A stretch of DNA of 64,000 bases from the human T2T-CHM13v2.0 reference genome, Homo sapiens (GCF_009914755.1 NC_060947.1); one strand, 5' to 3'. Positions 18,010 through 31,202 are shown, counted from the first letter of the stretch. Notes: a model not told the origin generated them from the letters alone. Program-made: numbers and translations.

Positions 18010-18346
18010 AATATCTGAACTGAAGGTCCATTAAATGGTTGCAGTCATTGTCCTGATGTTCTATTTGAATAGAATAAAAGGACTACATCTATTTGGGTAT
18101 GAGACCCTTTATGTTTTCATACACATTATTCCATACAATTTCCCTGTCTGCTTAGTCACAAATGATGGGCCTAAGGAAATAAATGTGTTTACTGCCACTA
18201 TCATCTCAGAATCAAGAGAATCACTTTATGAGAATGGAGTGGAAAGTCCTGTTCATGGACCTATATTTCCTCAATATTTTCCCACTCGGCCAGCTTCCCC
18301 AAACACCTGTTGCCTATTCTTTGAACAATTCACTAAATATCAGTAA
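18010..18346 (+). mobile_element. Ancient Gypsy remnant C (integrase core, rve-like)
   Basis: TEGPLNG, then ORF 18035-18346: PYNFPVCLVTNDGPK...SESRESLYENGVESPVHGPIFPQ (cf. GLPxxLVTDNGPQFTSxEFREFLxxNGVxH...PYHPQ). Confidence 0.7.
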
Positions 18347-19139
18347 TAACAATATCACTGTGCATTATTACTGCTATATTAAGGATAAAACAACCAGACA
18401 CTTGATACGGTTAAGTAACTTATTCATGGTTACGCAAGAGGCAGAGCCAAATATTAAATTTTAGTCTTCCAACTCAGATCTGTGCTTTGCCATGACATAT
18501 CTTTGTTTTACTATTGATCTTCATGTAGGTGTATACACGTGCACACAGGCACACCTGCTTTGTCTCCTTAATTAGACTGTAAGCTATTAAAATGTAGGGA
18601 TTGTTTTTTATATTTATTTATATGTTATATTATACCTTGTTAAGTTGTACCTTATACACGATAATCAAGAAATGGGAATATATCTTTACTGGTAGTACAG
18701 AAATGATTTAATAGAAATGTCAAATAAAAACTGATTTCTACTAATAAATGGAAAAATGACAGAAGCTACTCAAAATAATACAAATATTTTCAACATACTC
18801 TGGTATTTAACATAGTAATCAATACAAAACACCACCAAAAATATTTATTTTTGAGAAATTGGTATGATAACATCAAAAATAAACTTACATAGAACTCTAA
18901 CCATTTAATCTTAAGCTATAGCTCAATATAACTAAAGCATGTTATATGTGAAAGAAGTATGTAGCCAAATAAACTGATGACAGGGCCTTGGTTTGTGCAA
19001 TACCTACATCAGATATCAAAAGAATATGTGCAAAATGACCTGTTTTATTTTTCTATCCTATGTAGTTGCTCCTTATTACTACAAGGCAGAAGAACTTTTC
19101 ATGATCTATCAATAATTTATTCTAATACATTTATATCAT

Positions 19140-21320
19140 CATTTATTTTTTGAAATTTTATGCAAATCTATGTGTAATACTATAAAATTAATCCAAAGTA
19201 GGAAATAAGGAAATTGTTTAAGTAGATTCCTGGGGAGGCAGGCTGAATGAGAAAATATGGAGATAATGTAAGTCCATGAAGAGGACACATTGAGTGATTC
19301 TCTATATTCCGTGATGATAGAGGCAGAAAACACATTTCCTTATGTACGTCATTCATGAATGAACAGAATGAAATAAAATACTAGTAATTTAATTCTATAG
19401 AAAATTTTTGCTCTTTAGGCAGGCTCAACATTACCATTTTTTTCTTAATCCTAACTTAAACATAAACCCAACTTTCACTGAGTAGGGAGCACAATACCAA
19501 TTGCAATTCCTAAGACAGCTGCCATCATATATTAATTTTCACTTTTACTTTAGGTTCAGGGATATATGTGCAGGGGTGTTATACAGGTAAATGGCATGTT
19601 GCAGGGGTTTGGTGTGTAGATTATTTCATCATCCAGGTAATCAGCTTAGTACCCCATAGGTAGTTTTTTACCTTACCCTCTTCCCACCTTCCACTCCAAA
19701 TTAGGTCTCAGTATCTGTTGTTGCCTTCTTTGTGTCCATATGTACTCAATGTTTAGCTCCCACTTATTAGTGAAAACATGCAGTATTTGGTCTTCTTCTC
19801 CTGTGTTTATTTGCTTAAGATAAGGCCTCCAGCTCCATCCACGTTGCTGCAAAGGACATAATCTCATTATTTTCTTCCGCTGCATAGTATTCCATGGTGT
19901 ATAAGTACCGCATTGTTTTTATCCAATCCACTGTTGATGGGCACCTAGGTTGATTCCATGTGCTTTCTATTGTGAATAGTGCTGCAAAGAACATTTATGT
20001 GCATGTGCCTTTATAATAAAATGATTTCTGTTCCTTTGGGTATATACCCAGTAATGAGATTGCTGGGTCGAATGGTATTTCTGTCTTGAGGTCTTTGAGG
20101 AATAACCACACTGCTTTCCACAATGGGTGGACTAATTTACATTTCCACTAACAGTGTATAAGTGTTACCTTTTCTCCTGAACCTCACCAGCACCTGTTAT
20201 TTATTGGCTTTTTAATAATACCCATTATGGCTGGTGTGAGATGATATCTCATTGTGGTTTTGATTTGCATTTCTGTAATGATCACTGATGTTGAGTTTTA
20301 TTTCATATGCTTGTTGGATGCATGAATATCTTCTTTTGGAAAGTATCTGTTCATGTCCTTTGCCCACTTTTTAATGGGGTTGCTTGTTTTTTGCTTGCAA
20401 ATTGACTTAACACAAAGTTTGCAAATGTTTTTCACATACTGTAGTTGTCTGTTTACTCTGCTGATAGTTTTTTATTCTCTGCAGAAGGTCTTTAGTTTAA
20501 TTAGGTTCCATTTGTCAATTTTTGTTTTTGTTTCAATTGCCTTTGGCATCTTCATTGTGAAATATTTGGTTATTTCCAGGATATTTTAGTTTTAGGTTTT
20601 GCGTATAAGTCTTTAATCCATCTTGAGTTGATTTGTATATATAGTGTAAGGAATAGGTATAGTTTTGATCTTCTGCATATGGTTAGCCAGTTATCCCAGC
20701 ATCATTTATTGAATAGGGTGTCCTTTCCGCACTGCTTGTTTTGGGTGACTTTATGGAAGATCGGCTGTGTATAGGTTAGGTGTGCAGAATTATTTCTGGG
20801 TTCTCTATTCTCTATTCTTGAGCACCTGGCTTTGTTATTTGACCTCTCAAGGTTATGAACCTTCTGCATCAAAGGGACCAAAGTGTTTTCGGACTGCTGG
20901 TCACAGCACTCTGATGGGTGGCACCTGCTAAAGCACTTTTTCAGGCTATGGTGGTGGTATCCATGCTCATTCACATGTGCCAGCAGCAGTGGCAGCACAG
21001 TGAGGTGCACATTTATTGAATGAGTTGGGGTGCTGGTGGGCACAGGGGTACCAGTCTCCTTGCAGATGTTTGCAGTGGTAGTGGTGGTGGCGGCGTGGTA
21101 CAGGTTGTCCTATTACAGACACCAGCTTTCAGTTATTGAAGGAAATCAGCATGGGAGATGAGAATATTAATTTATTATCGTCAGTCATTAGATTTGTCAG
21201 ACACAATTTTAGTATCAATGTTCTGCACTCTTGATCCCATGATTATTAAAAAGCCACTGAAATCCCAGCATTTTCCCTCTCTTTGCATCCACGTCCCTGT
21301 GCTCTATGCCTCTGTCAGTC
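19140..21320 (-). mobile_element. Ancient Gypsy remnant D (H2C2 at 21110-21320, integrase core at 19140-19520), split by an L1PA16-like insertion
   Basis: DRGIEHRDVDAKR...FQW...GIKSAEH*Y*NCV*Q; LVLCSLLSESWVYV; FSASIITEYRESL. 19200-19370 aligns at DNA level, inverted, with 18150-18310. Confidence 0.55.
19535..21105 (-). mobile_element. L1PA15/16-like element, 3' end fused to a 5' UTR segment
   Basis: 3' UTR/ORF2 runs 19535-20818. 20819-21105 is homologous to the L1 5' UTR at 31310-31620. Confidence 0.85.
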
Positions 21321-21424
21321 AAAATTAAAGCATTACTAAGTCACATAAATGTGACAGTCTCTTTAACCTCTAGTCCTTTGTACACACTGTTTCTGTGAAG
21401 AAATTCTTTCTGCCCAAATTTGTT

Positions 21425-23615
21425 CAAATTAACAAATTGACTTATTTTTGATACTTAGTTCTGTGAATTTTAGCACATGTATAGATACATGTAAAAATTA
21501 CCACAATCAGGAGAGAAAACAGTTCCATCGCTCCCAATACTTCTTGGCACCATCACTTTAGAGTTACACCTTCCCCACCCCTCTAACACCTAGAAAAACC
21601 ACCGATGTAGTCTCTGTCACGTCGTCTTGCCTTTCCAAGAACCTTACAGAAATGGAATCAGACAATATCATATATTTTGAGATTGGCTTCTTCCACTTGG
21701 CATAATGGTTTGATATTAATGCCAACTAGCCAACTATTGTGGAATCAGTAGTTTAATTTCTTTTATTACCGAGTAGTATTTGATTGTATTAATATACCAC
21801 AGTTTATTTATTGTTATCCATTGAAGGGCATTTGGATTGTTCCCACTTTGGTATATTGTGAATAAAACTGCTATGAACTTTCATATTCAAGAGTTTGTGT
21901 GAACATAAATGTGGCAGGCTGAATAACAGTCCCCGAAGGTATCTATGTTTTAATCCCCAGAACCACTAAATATGTTACCTTATATGGCAAAACATACTTT
22001 GCAGATGTGATTAAGTTCAAGACCTCGAGATGGGAAGATTATCCTGAATTATCCTGGTAGGCCCTAGGTCTAATCACAAGCATCCTTATAAGAGGGAAGC
22101 AGAGTAAAAATTGCCCCAGAAAGAAGAGGAGTAGGTAGTGTGACCATGGAGGCGGATAGTGGAGTGATGTTGCTAAAAACCAAGTAATGCCAGCAACCAC
22201 CAAAAGCCGGAAGAATCGAAGAACAGATTCTCCAATGGAACTTCTGGTGGAAGTGAAGCTCTACCAACACTTTGATTTCAACCCAGTGAAATTGATTTTA
22301 CATTCCTATTATCCTCTGCAGAACTGTGAGAGAATATATTTCTGTTGTTTTAAGCCACTGAGTTTGTGATAATTTGTTATAGCGGCCAAAAGAAACCAAT
22401 TTAATAGGACTTCATTATTCCAGGTTAAATTGCACTCCTGGGAGTACAATTGCCAGGATGTACAGTAAGTATGTGTTCAACTTTAAAAGAAACTGCAAAA
22501 CTCTTTTCCGAATAACTGTAAAATTTTGCATTTCCATCAACAATGTATGAGAGGTCCAGTTCCTCAGCTTACTTTTAAGTGCTTGATGTTATAGGTATTT
22601 TTTATTGTATCCATTTTAATTAGCGTGTAATGCTATTTAAATGTGGTTTTAATTTGCATTTCACTAATGGCAAACAATTTTAAACATTTCTTCATGTGTC
22701 TGTTTGCCATTCACATATCCCCTTTGGTGAAGTGTAAATTCTACTCTTTTGCCCATTTTCTAATTAGATTGCCTATTTTTTAACCGCTGAGTTTTGAGAG
22801 TTCTTTATGTACTCTAGATACCAGTCCTTTTTTGGGTATACAGTATGCCTGTCTTTACATTCTCTTAACAGGGTTTTTCACAGATTGAAGCTTTTTAAAT
22901 TTTGATGAGGGACATATTAACACTTTTCTTTTATGGATCTTGTTTTCAATGTCATTTCTAAGCTTTTCATGAAACCCTCAGATACTAACAAAAATCTTAC
23001 ATTTTTCTTTTAAAGATTTTATCATTTGTCATTTTACATTTAGATCCATGATTCATCTATTTTAGGTTCATTTTTGAGTAAGATGTGAGATTTAAGTCAA
23101 TGTTCGTTGTATGTCTATGATTGTCCAATTGTTGCAATATATTTGTTGAAAAGAGTATCCTATCTCCTTCAAATTGCCTTTGCAAGTTTGTCAGCTGTCA
23201 GTCAGTAGTACTTCGTAGGTGTATTGATGAACTCTGTTTTCTATTCCATTGACCTACATGCCTATCCCTCTACCAATTCCACAGTCTTAATACTGATAAC
23301 GGTAGCTATATAGAAAGTTTTAAAATTAGGTAGTGTGGTTCCTCCAACATTATTTTCCATATTTAAAATTGTTTTAGTTTATCTAGTTTATCTGCCTTTT
23401 CTTATACATTTTAAAATAAGCTTGTATTATATATATAAACGATTAATCCTGTTGTGTTTTTGTAGAAATTGCATTAATCATACAGATAAAGTTTGAAAAA
23501 GATTGACTGTTTTTATTATGTTGAGTCTTCCAATCCAAAGCCACATGATTTATTTCAATTTTCCTCGATATGTCCCAGCTGCATTTGGTGGTTTTCAGCA
23601 TAAAGATCCTGTTTA
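21425..23615 (-). mobile_element. L1MC-type 3' portion, split by MLT1D
   Basis: L1MC-like 3' end (AGTTCTGTGAATTTTAGCACATGTATAGAT...CACAATCAGG) followed by antisense ORF2. Confidence 0.8.
21910..22402 (+). mobile_element. MLT1D-like solo LTR
   Basis: TGTGGCAGGCTGAATAA...TATGTTACCTTATATGGCAAAA...TTTAAGCCACTGAGTTTGTGATAATTTGTTATAGC. Confidence 0.85.
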
Positions 23616-23905
23616 TGCCTTAGTAACAAAACCAGACAAAAATATTACAAGAAAGGTCAACTATAACATCTCCCATAAACATAGTTGCAGAAATCTTCAA
23701 CAAAATACTACCAAATGAAACTCAACAATGTATAAAAAGAACTATATTACAACTGAGATTTATTTCAGCTATGCAAGGCTGGTTTAAGTTTCAAAAATCA
23801 ATTAATGCAATCCGTCACATCAAGGGTGTGATACAAATTTGGACAGCTTTTCTGGAAAAATTCATGGACATTCCTCAAAAAAGTAAGAATAGAAGTACCA
23901 TATAA

Positions 23906-24811
23906 TCTCAAGGGTGGGGAGGATTACAAAGAACCTTCTTAAGGGTGGGGGAGATTATGAAGTACATTGATCAGTTAGGGTGGGGCAGAAACAAATCACG
24001 ATGGTGGAATGTCATCAGTTAAGGCTATTTTCACTTCTGTGGATCTTCAGTTGCTCCAGGCCATCTGTATGTATATGTGCAGATCACGGGGGATATGATG
24101 GCTTAGCTTGGGCTCGGAGGCCTGACATTCCTGTCTTCTTATATTAATAAGAAAAATAAAGCAAAATAGTGGTGAAGTGTTGGGGCAGCGAAAATTTTGG
24201 GGGGTGGTATGGAGAGATAATGGGCGATGTTTCTCAGGGCTGCTTTGAGTGGGGTTAGGGGCAGCGTGGGAACCTACAGTGGAAGAAATTCAACTGAAGA
24301 AAGATTTTGGGGTAAGGGGTGATATTGTCGGGTTGTTAGAAGGAGCATTTGTCATATAGAATTATTGGTGATGGCCTGGATGTGGTTTTGTGTGAATTGA
24401 GAAACTAAACGAAAGACACAAGGTCCAAATAGAAGGAGAAAAATAGGTATTAAAGGACTAAGAATTGGGAGTACCCAGGACATCCAATTACAGAGTGTCC
24501 AAGGGGGTTCAGTGTAATTATTTGCTTGGTTGGCGAGTTTTTGGGCTGTATCCTTGAGTTTTTTTATGTTGTCATATACCAGGCCAGATTGATTTAGGTA
24601 AGAACAACACTCTTCATTTAAAAATATACAGAGTCCCCCACCAGCTTTTTTTTTTTTTAGCAGTGAGTAAGTCAGGGCCTCTGCGATTTTGGAGGAAGAA
24701 GAAATGCAAAGTCAGCAACTGCTTGTTAAAGCAGGATTAGAAACGGCTAGGAGAGAGTGAGATTGATAGTGTGGTGGAGATAGTTGGGGAGAGGTAGAGG
24801 GTGGCATAAGA
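23906..24811 (-). mobile_element. HERV-H fragment: 3' internal region, PPT and U3 part of LTR7
   Basis: The reverse complement from 24127 reads TGTCAGGCCTCCGAGCCCAAGCTAAGCCATCATATCCCC (LTR7 start), preceded by AAGAAGACAGGAA. The LTR is cut after CCCACCCTTGAGA. Confidence 0.9.
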
Positions 24812-24959
24812 TGGTGAAGCATTTTAAAAAATCTCTTGCCTATGTTTTGATTGGATTGTTTATTTGCAATTGAGGTGTAAGAGGTTTTTGTACATTCTAG
24901 ATACAAATACCTTATCAGATACATGTTTATACATATTTTCCTTTCTTTCTATTTCTTGT

Positions 24960-25230
24960 CTTTTTTAATTAAATTTTTTATTTTGAGATAATTGTAGATT
25001 TACATGCAATTGTAAGAAATAATGCAGGGAGGTCCCATATACTCCAGTTTTCAAAATGGTAATATCTTGACGAATCGTAATACAATATCACAACCGGGAT
25101 ATTCACATTGATATAGTCATGTAAGAAAACACTTTCATCACCACAAAAATCCTTCATATAGTCCTTTTATAGCCACACCCATTTTTGTCCTGCCCCATCC
25201 CTCCTTAAGCCTTGGCAAACAGTAACTTGT
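24960..25230 (-). mobile_element. L1MC-type 3' end
   Basis: TTTTGAGATAATTGTAGATTTACATGCAATTGTAAGAAATAAT...TACAATATCACAACC. Confidence 0.75.
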
Positions 25231-28200
25231 TAAGCTGTTGAATATTCCATATTTTCTTTCTCTAGTGGCACGTCCTAGTATTAAAAACAAAAAGCAAACA
25301 AAAAAATTTTTGAATTAAAATTATTTCCAAGAAATCTGGAGCAAGAGAGTTCCCCTTTCAATATTACTATTGTGGCAAAAGTTTCTGAAGCCCCCATCCA
25401 AATTTATTTTAAAATATGTTTATGAACTTAGGGTTTTTTTGTTTTGATTTTTTGTTGTTTTTCACAAACCAGATGCCACCATATGGCTTCAATGTGTTCT
25501 ACTTCGGTGTTAGAAACAAAGTGAAATGGCTGCCAGATTTCCCTAGAGTCCTCATATTATAAAGGAAATGACTTGTGAAGCCAGGAGACTCAGTATTATG
25601 ATAAGCCCTCCAAAATGGTTTAGATCTGAAGTTCAGCATACCCAACAAAAACAAAAAAGAACATTAGATGGTGCCTGCACAACAAGGTAGCCATCCCACC
25701 CAAATGCCTCAAAGGGATGCAAGCTGATGGTGTTAAAAGCTATTTTTCTTCAGTGGTTTGATTCAGTCTGAGTTCAATTTTAGAATCTCTTTTTCCTGAG
25801 TTGCTACAGGTATACCCTTCCATTAGTCAAAAAAGTTTCATTTGTAAATCTGACACCATGTATTTATATGAGATTGAATGCTAAACTTGGTTGAATTACG
25901 TCACTATAATTATCAAGTATAAAGATTCAGGCAATTGCAGCCTTAAATTCATTTACCTTGGCCTATTACCTATGCTCTTTTTCTTATATGCTCTTAACAT
26001 CATCTTTTAAGAAAACGAAAGTGGCTATATTTATCACTCAGGATATGCTAGGTTATGCTGTAGGAATAGACAATCTTAAAATCTCAGTGGCTTAATAAAG
26101 CAAAGGTTCATATCTCATTCATGGAATGTCTGCTGCTAAATATGATACTGAAAAAAAGGTAAGCAAGCATATACCAGATTTCAAGATAATGCAAAATTTG
26201 ATGGTATAATAAGGTGCACAAGTCATATACATAGGGTAAAACGTTTGAAAATATAATTTAGGATAATGGCTCCGTTTAACATGGATGGTGAGTACCTAGG
26301 GATTTACTACCTTTTATTCTTTATATGTTACATATACTTTTGTGCATGTATGAACTATTTCATAAAAAATGGTTGTTCAAAATGGCACATTTTCAGTGAT
26401 AAATTTGAATTTTTCAAACATTGTAGAAGTCCTATTTGAGAGTATTAAGTAATGACAGCTACAGCTAGTTTATAGGGCTTAATCAAAATAATAGTCTAAC
26501 CCTGGCTATCCTGATTATATGTTTTCATAAATTCTATAGACAAAATTTACACTTTTGAATGACACAGAACAGGAAATATATGACTGTAATCAACAGCATG
26601 GACTGGAGACAAAATGTCCTGGATTTGATTCAGGTTACATCAACTATAGACATCAATAATATAAATAAAACTGTAAAGATGCTTTAAGACTGAGAGGTGT
26701 GAGTTCTTGGTCCATTCTAAATTTGAACTGAAATATTATTCTATGATCATCGTTGGAAGAAATAATATAGTTCCTTTGAGATGTGGTTCTATGTGGAACT
26801 GTTTAACCAATGCTAATTACATAGGATTCCAGAGTCTGGAATCAACTCTGGCTTTTGTTTTTAATTCCCACGATAGTCTAGAATTGATGCTAAGTCATTA
26901 TATGCATCCAAGGAGATTTAGTTTTATAGAGGAAGTTTAAAATCTCAGCTTAACGGTTGTTTGTTTATAGGAATGCTAGTGACTTTTGTACATTGATTTT
27001 GTATTCTAAGGCATCACTGAAGTTGTTTATTAGATCAAGGAGCTTTTGGGCCAAGACCATGGGGTTTACTAGACACAAAATCATGTCTTCTGCGAACAGA
27101 TAGTTTCAATTCCTCTCTTCCTATTTGGATGCCCTTTATTTCTTTTTCTTGACTGTTCTGGCGAGGACTTCCAATATTACATTGAATAGGAGTGGTAAGA
27201 GAGGGCATCCTTGTTTGTCTTGTTCCGGTTCTCAAGGGGAACGCTTCCAGCTTTTGCCATTCAGTATGATGTTGGCTGTGGATTTGCCATAGATGGCTCT
27301 TACTACTTTTGGGTATGTTCCTTCAACATTTCCTTTATTGAGAGTTTTTAACATGAAGAGATGTTGAATTTTATCAAAAGCCTTTTCTGCATCTATTGAG
27401 ATGATTATTTGGTTTTTGCTTTTAGTTCTGTTTATGTGATGAATCACATCTATTGATTTGCATATGTTGAACTAACCTTGCATCCTAGATATAAAGCTGG
27501 TTTGATTGTGATGGGTTAGCTTTTTGATGTGCTGCTGGATATGGTTTGCCAGTGTTTTGCTGAGGATTTGTGCATTTATATCCATCAAGGATATGGCCTG
27601 AATTTTAGTTTTTTTATTGTGTCTCTGCCAGGTTTTCGTATCAGAATGATGCTGACCTCACAGAATGAGTTAGGGAGGAGTCTCTCCTCCATTTTTGTTG
27701 GAATAGTTTCAGTAGAAATGACATCAGGTCTTCTTTGTATATCTAGTAGAATCTGGCTGTGTATCTCTCTTGTCCTGGGCTTTTTTTCACTTGGTAGGCT
27801 ATTTATTACTGACTCAATTTTCAAGCTTGTTTTTGGTCAGTTCAGGGATTCAATTTCTTCCTGACTCAGTCTTTGGAGGGTGTATTTGTCCAGGAATTTA
27901 TCTAGTTCTTTTAGATTTTTTAGTTTCTGTGCATGGAGGTTTTCATAATATTCTATAGTGGTTATTTGTATTTTTATGGGGTCAGTGTTAGTATTCCCTT
28001 TGTTATTTGTAATTTTATTTATTTGGATCTTCTTTGTTTTCTTCTTTATTATTCTAGCTAGCAGTCCATTTTATTAATTTTTTCAAAAAACCAACTGCTA
28101 AATTTGTTGATCTTTTGAATTTTTCTTCATGTCTCAATCTCCTTCAGTTCAGCTCTGATTTTGGTTATTTCTTGTCGTCTTCTGCTAGGTTTGGGGTTGG

Positions 28201-30583
28201 TTTTCTATTGCTTCTCTTTTCCCTCTAGTTGTGATGTTAGGTTTTTAATTTGAGGTATTTCTAACTTTTTGATTTTGGCAAATAGTGCTATAATTTTTCC
28301 TCTTAACACTGTATTAGCTGTGTCCTAGGGATTCTGAAATATTGTATCTTTGTCCTCTTTAGTTTCAAAGAACTTTTTGATTTCTCCCTTAATTTCATTA
28401 CTTACCCAGAAGTCATTCAGGAGCAGGTTATTCAATTTCCCGGGAATTGTATAATTTTGAGTGAATTTCTTAGTATTGATTTCTTATTTGATTGCACTGT
28501 GGTCTGAGAGAGTGGTTGTTATGTTTTCAGTTCTTTTGCATTTGCTGAGGACTGTTTTATATCTGAATATGTGGTCAATTTTAGAGTATGTGCCCTGTGC
28601 AGATGAGAAGAATGTATATTCTGTTGTTTTGGGGTGGAGAGTTCTGTAGATGTCTGTCAACTCCATTTGAGCCCGTGTTGAGTTCAGGTCCTGAATGTCT
28701 TTGTTAATTTTTTGCCTTGATGATCTGTCTAATATTGTCAGTAGAGTGTTTAAGTCTCCACTGTTTTATTGGATGGGAGTCTAAGTCTCTTTGAAGGTCT
28801 CTAAGAGCTTGTTTTATGAATCTGTGTGCTCCTCTTTTGGGTGCCTATATATTTAGGATAGTTAGGTCTTGTTGAATTGAAGCCTTTGTTATTATGTAAT
28901 GCCTTTCTTTCTTTGTTTGATCTTTGATGGTTAAATGTCTATTTTGTCTGAAATTAGGTTTCCAACCTCTGCTTTTTTTTTCCATTTGCTTGGCATATTT
29001 TTGTCCATCCCTTTATTTTGAGCATATGGGTGTCATTGCATGTGAGATGGGTTTCTTGAAGACAGCATACCAATGGGGTTTGGTTTTTTTTGTTTGTTTT
29101 TTTGATTTTTTTTAACCTATATTGCCACTCTGTGCCTTTTATTTGGAACATTTAGCTTGTTTACATTCAAGGTTAGTATTGATATGTGTGGATTTGATCC
29201 TGTCAGCACGATGTTAGCTGATTATTTTGAAGACTTGTTTGTGTGGTTGCTTTATGGTATCACTCTCTGTACTTAAGTGTGTTTTTGGAATGGCTGGTAA
29301 CGGTCCTTCCTTTCCATATTTAGTGCTCCCTTCAGGAGCTCTAGTGACAGATCTAGTGGGAACAAATTCACTCAGCATTTGCTGGTCCAAAAAAGGATCT
29401 TATTTCTTCTTTGCTTATGATGCCTAGTTTGGCCAGATACAAAATTCTGAATTGGAGTTTCTTTTCTTTTAGAATGTTGAATATTGGCCCCAACCTTTTC
29501 TGATTTGTAGGCTTTCTGCTGCGAGGTCCACTGTTAGTTTCATGGGTTTCCCTTTGCTGGTGACCTGGCCTTTCTCTCTAGCTGCCTTTAACGTGTTTTG
29601 TTTCATTTTGACCTTGGAGAATCTGCGCAAGAACCCTGACAGTCTTCCTGGTCCCTGAGTGGCAGCTGTACCACTTGGCTGTGTCCAGGCAGCTACCTTT
29701 GAATCCCCAACTGAGTGTTCTTATTTTGTCGACAAGACTTGTATAGGTCTCAGGCCTATAGACTAATGCAGAGATTCTTGACTCCTTTATGATAATGGTT
29801 AAAAAAATAGACAATGATTATGTGCCTTGGGATAGTCTTCTTGTGAATATTTTTGTAGGGCTTCTCTGTATTTCCTGAATTTGAATGTTAACCCCTCTAG
29901 CTAGAATGGGAAAATTCTCCTGGATGATATCCCAAAATATGTTTTCTAAATTGCTTTTATTCTCCCCATCTCTTTCAGGGACAGTAATGAGTCATAGATT
30001 TTGACTCGTTAAATAATTCCATATTTCTCAGAGGTTTCATTCTTTCTTTTTCATTCTTTTTCCCTATTCTTCTTTCACAGTCTTTTTTCAGAAACCCAGT
30101 ATTTGAGCTCTGGGATTCTTTTTTCACTTGGTCTATTCTGCTATTAATACTTGCAATTGCATTATAAAATTCTTGTAGTCTGTTTTTCAGCTCTATCAGG
30201 TCAGTTACATTCTTTTCTATACTGGTTATTTTGTCTGTCAGTTCCTATATCATTTGTTGGGATTCGTGGCATCCTTGGATTGGGTTTCAATGTACTCCTG
30301 CATCTCAATGATCTTTGTTCCTATCCACATTCTTAATTCTATTTCTGTCATTTCAACCATCTCAGTCCAGTTCAGAACACTTACCGAAAAGGTAGCACAG
30401 TCGTTTGGAGGAAAGAAGGCACTCTGGGTTTTTGAGTTGTCAGAGGTCTGACACTGGTTGTTTCTCATCTTTGTTGGCTGGTGTTCCTTCAGTCTTTGAA
30501 GTTACTGTCCTTTGGGAGGGCTTTTTTTTTGTTTGTTTTATCTTGTTTGATGACCTTGAGGGTTTGATGGTGGTATAAAGTGG

Positions 30584-30778
30584 TTTATTAGTCAGGGTTC
30601 TCTAGAGGGACAGAACTAATGGTATATATATATATATATGTATGTATGTGTGTGTGTATATATATATATGTGTATATATATATATGTATATATATATGTG
30701 TATATATATGTATATATATATGTGTATATATATATGTATATATGTGTGTATATATATGTATATATATATGTGTATATA

Positions 30779-30809
<31 letters not shown>

Positions 30810-31202
30810 GTATATAAAGGGGAGTTTATTAAATATTAACTCACACAATCAAGGTCCCATAATAGGCCATTTGCAGACTGAGGAGCAAGGAGAGCCAGTC
30901 TGAGTTCCAAAACTGAAGAACTTGGAGTCTGATGTTCGAGGGCAAGAAGCATCCACACCAGAGAAAGATGTAGGCTGGGAAGCTAAGCCAGTCTCTCTTT
31001 TCACATTTTTCTGCCTGCTTATATTCTAGCCACACTGACAGTTGATTAGATTGTGCCCTCCCAGATTAAGGGTGGATCTACCTTTCCCAGCCCATTAACT
31101 CAAATGTTAATCTCCTTTGGCAACACCCTCACAGATGCATCCAGGATCAATATTTTGTATCCTTCAATCCAATCAAATTGACACTCAGTTTTAACTATCA
31201 CA
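30584..31202 (-). mobile_element. MLT2A1-like solo LTR (ERVL)
   Basis: TATTAGTCAGGGTTCTCTAGAGGGACAGAACTAAT...TTGACACTCAGTTTTAACTATCACA, with TSD AGTGG/GGTGG. Confidence 0.9.
30621..30816. repeat. (TA)n/(TG)n compound microsatellite inside MLT2A1
   Basis: About 195 bp of alternating purine-pyrimidine sequence. Confidence 0.98.

Noticed and set aside
18140-19375. Inverted repeat as the terminal inverted repeats of a DNA transposon
   Set aside because: There are no TIR-type termini or TSD, and the arms translate as integrase core.
30588-30903. ORFs rich in Y/I/C/V/H/T
   Set aside because: These are translations of the TA/TG microsatellite.
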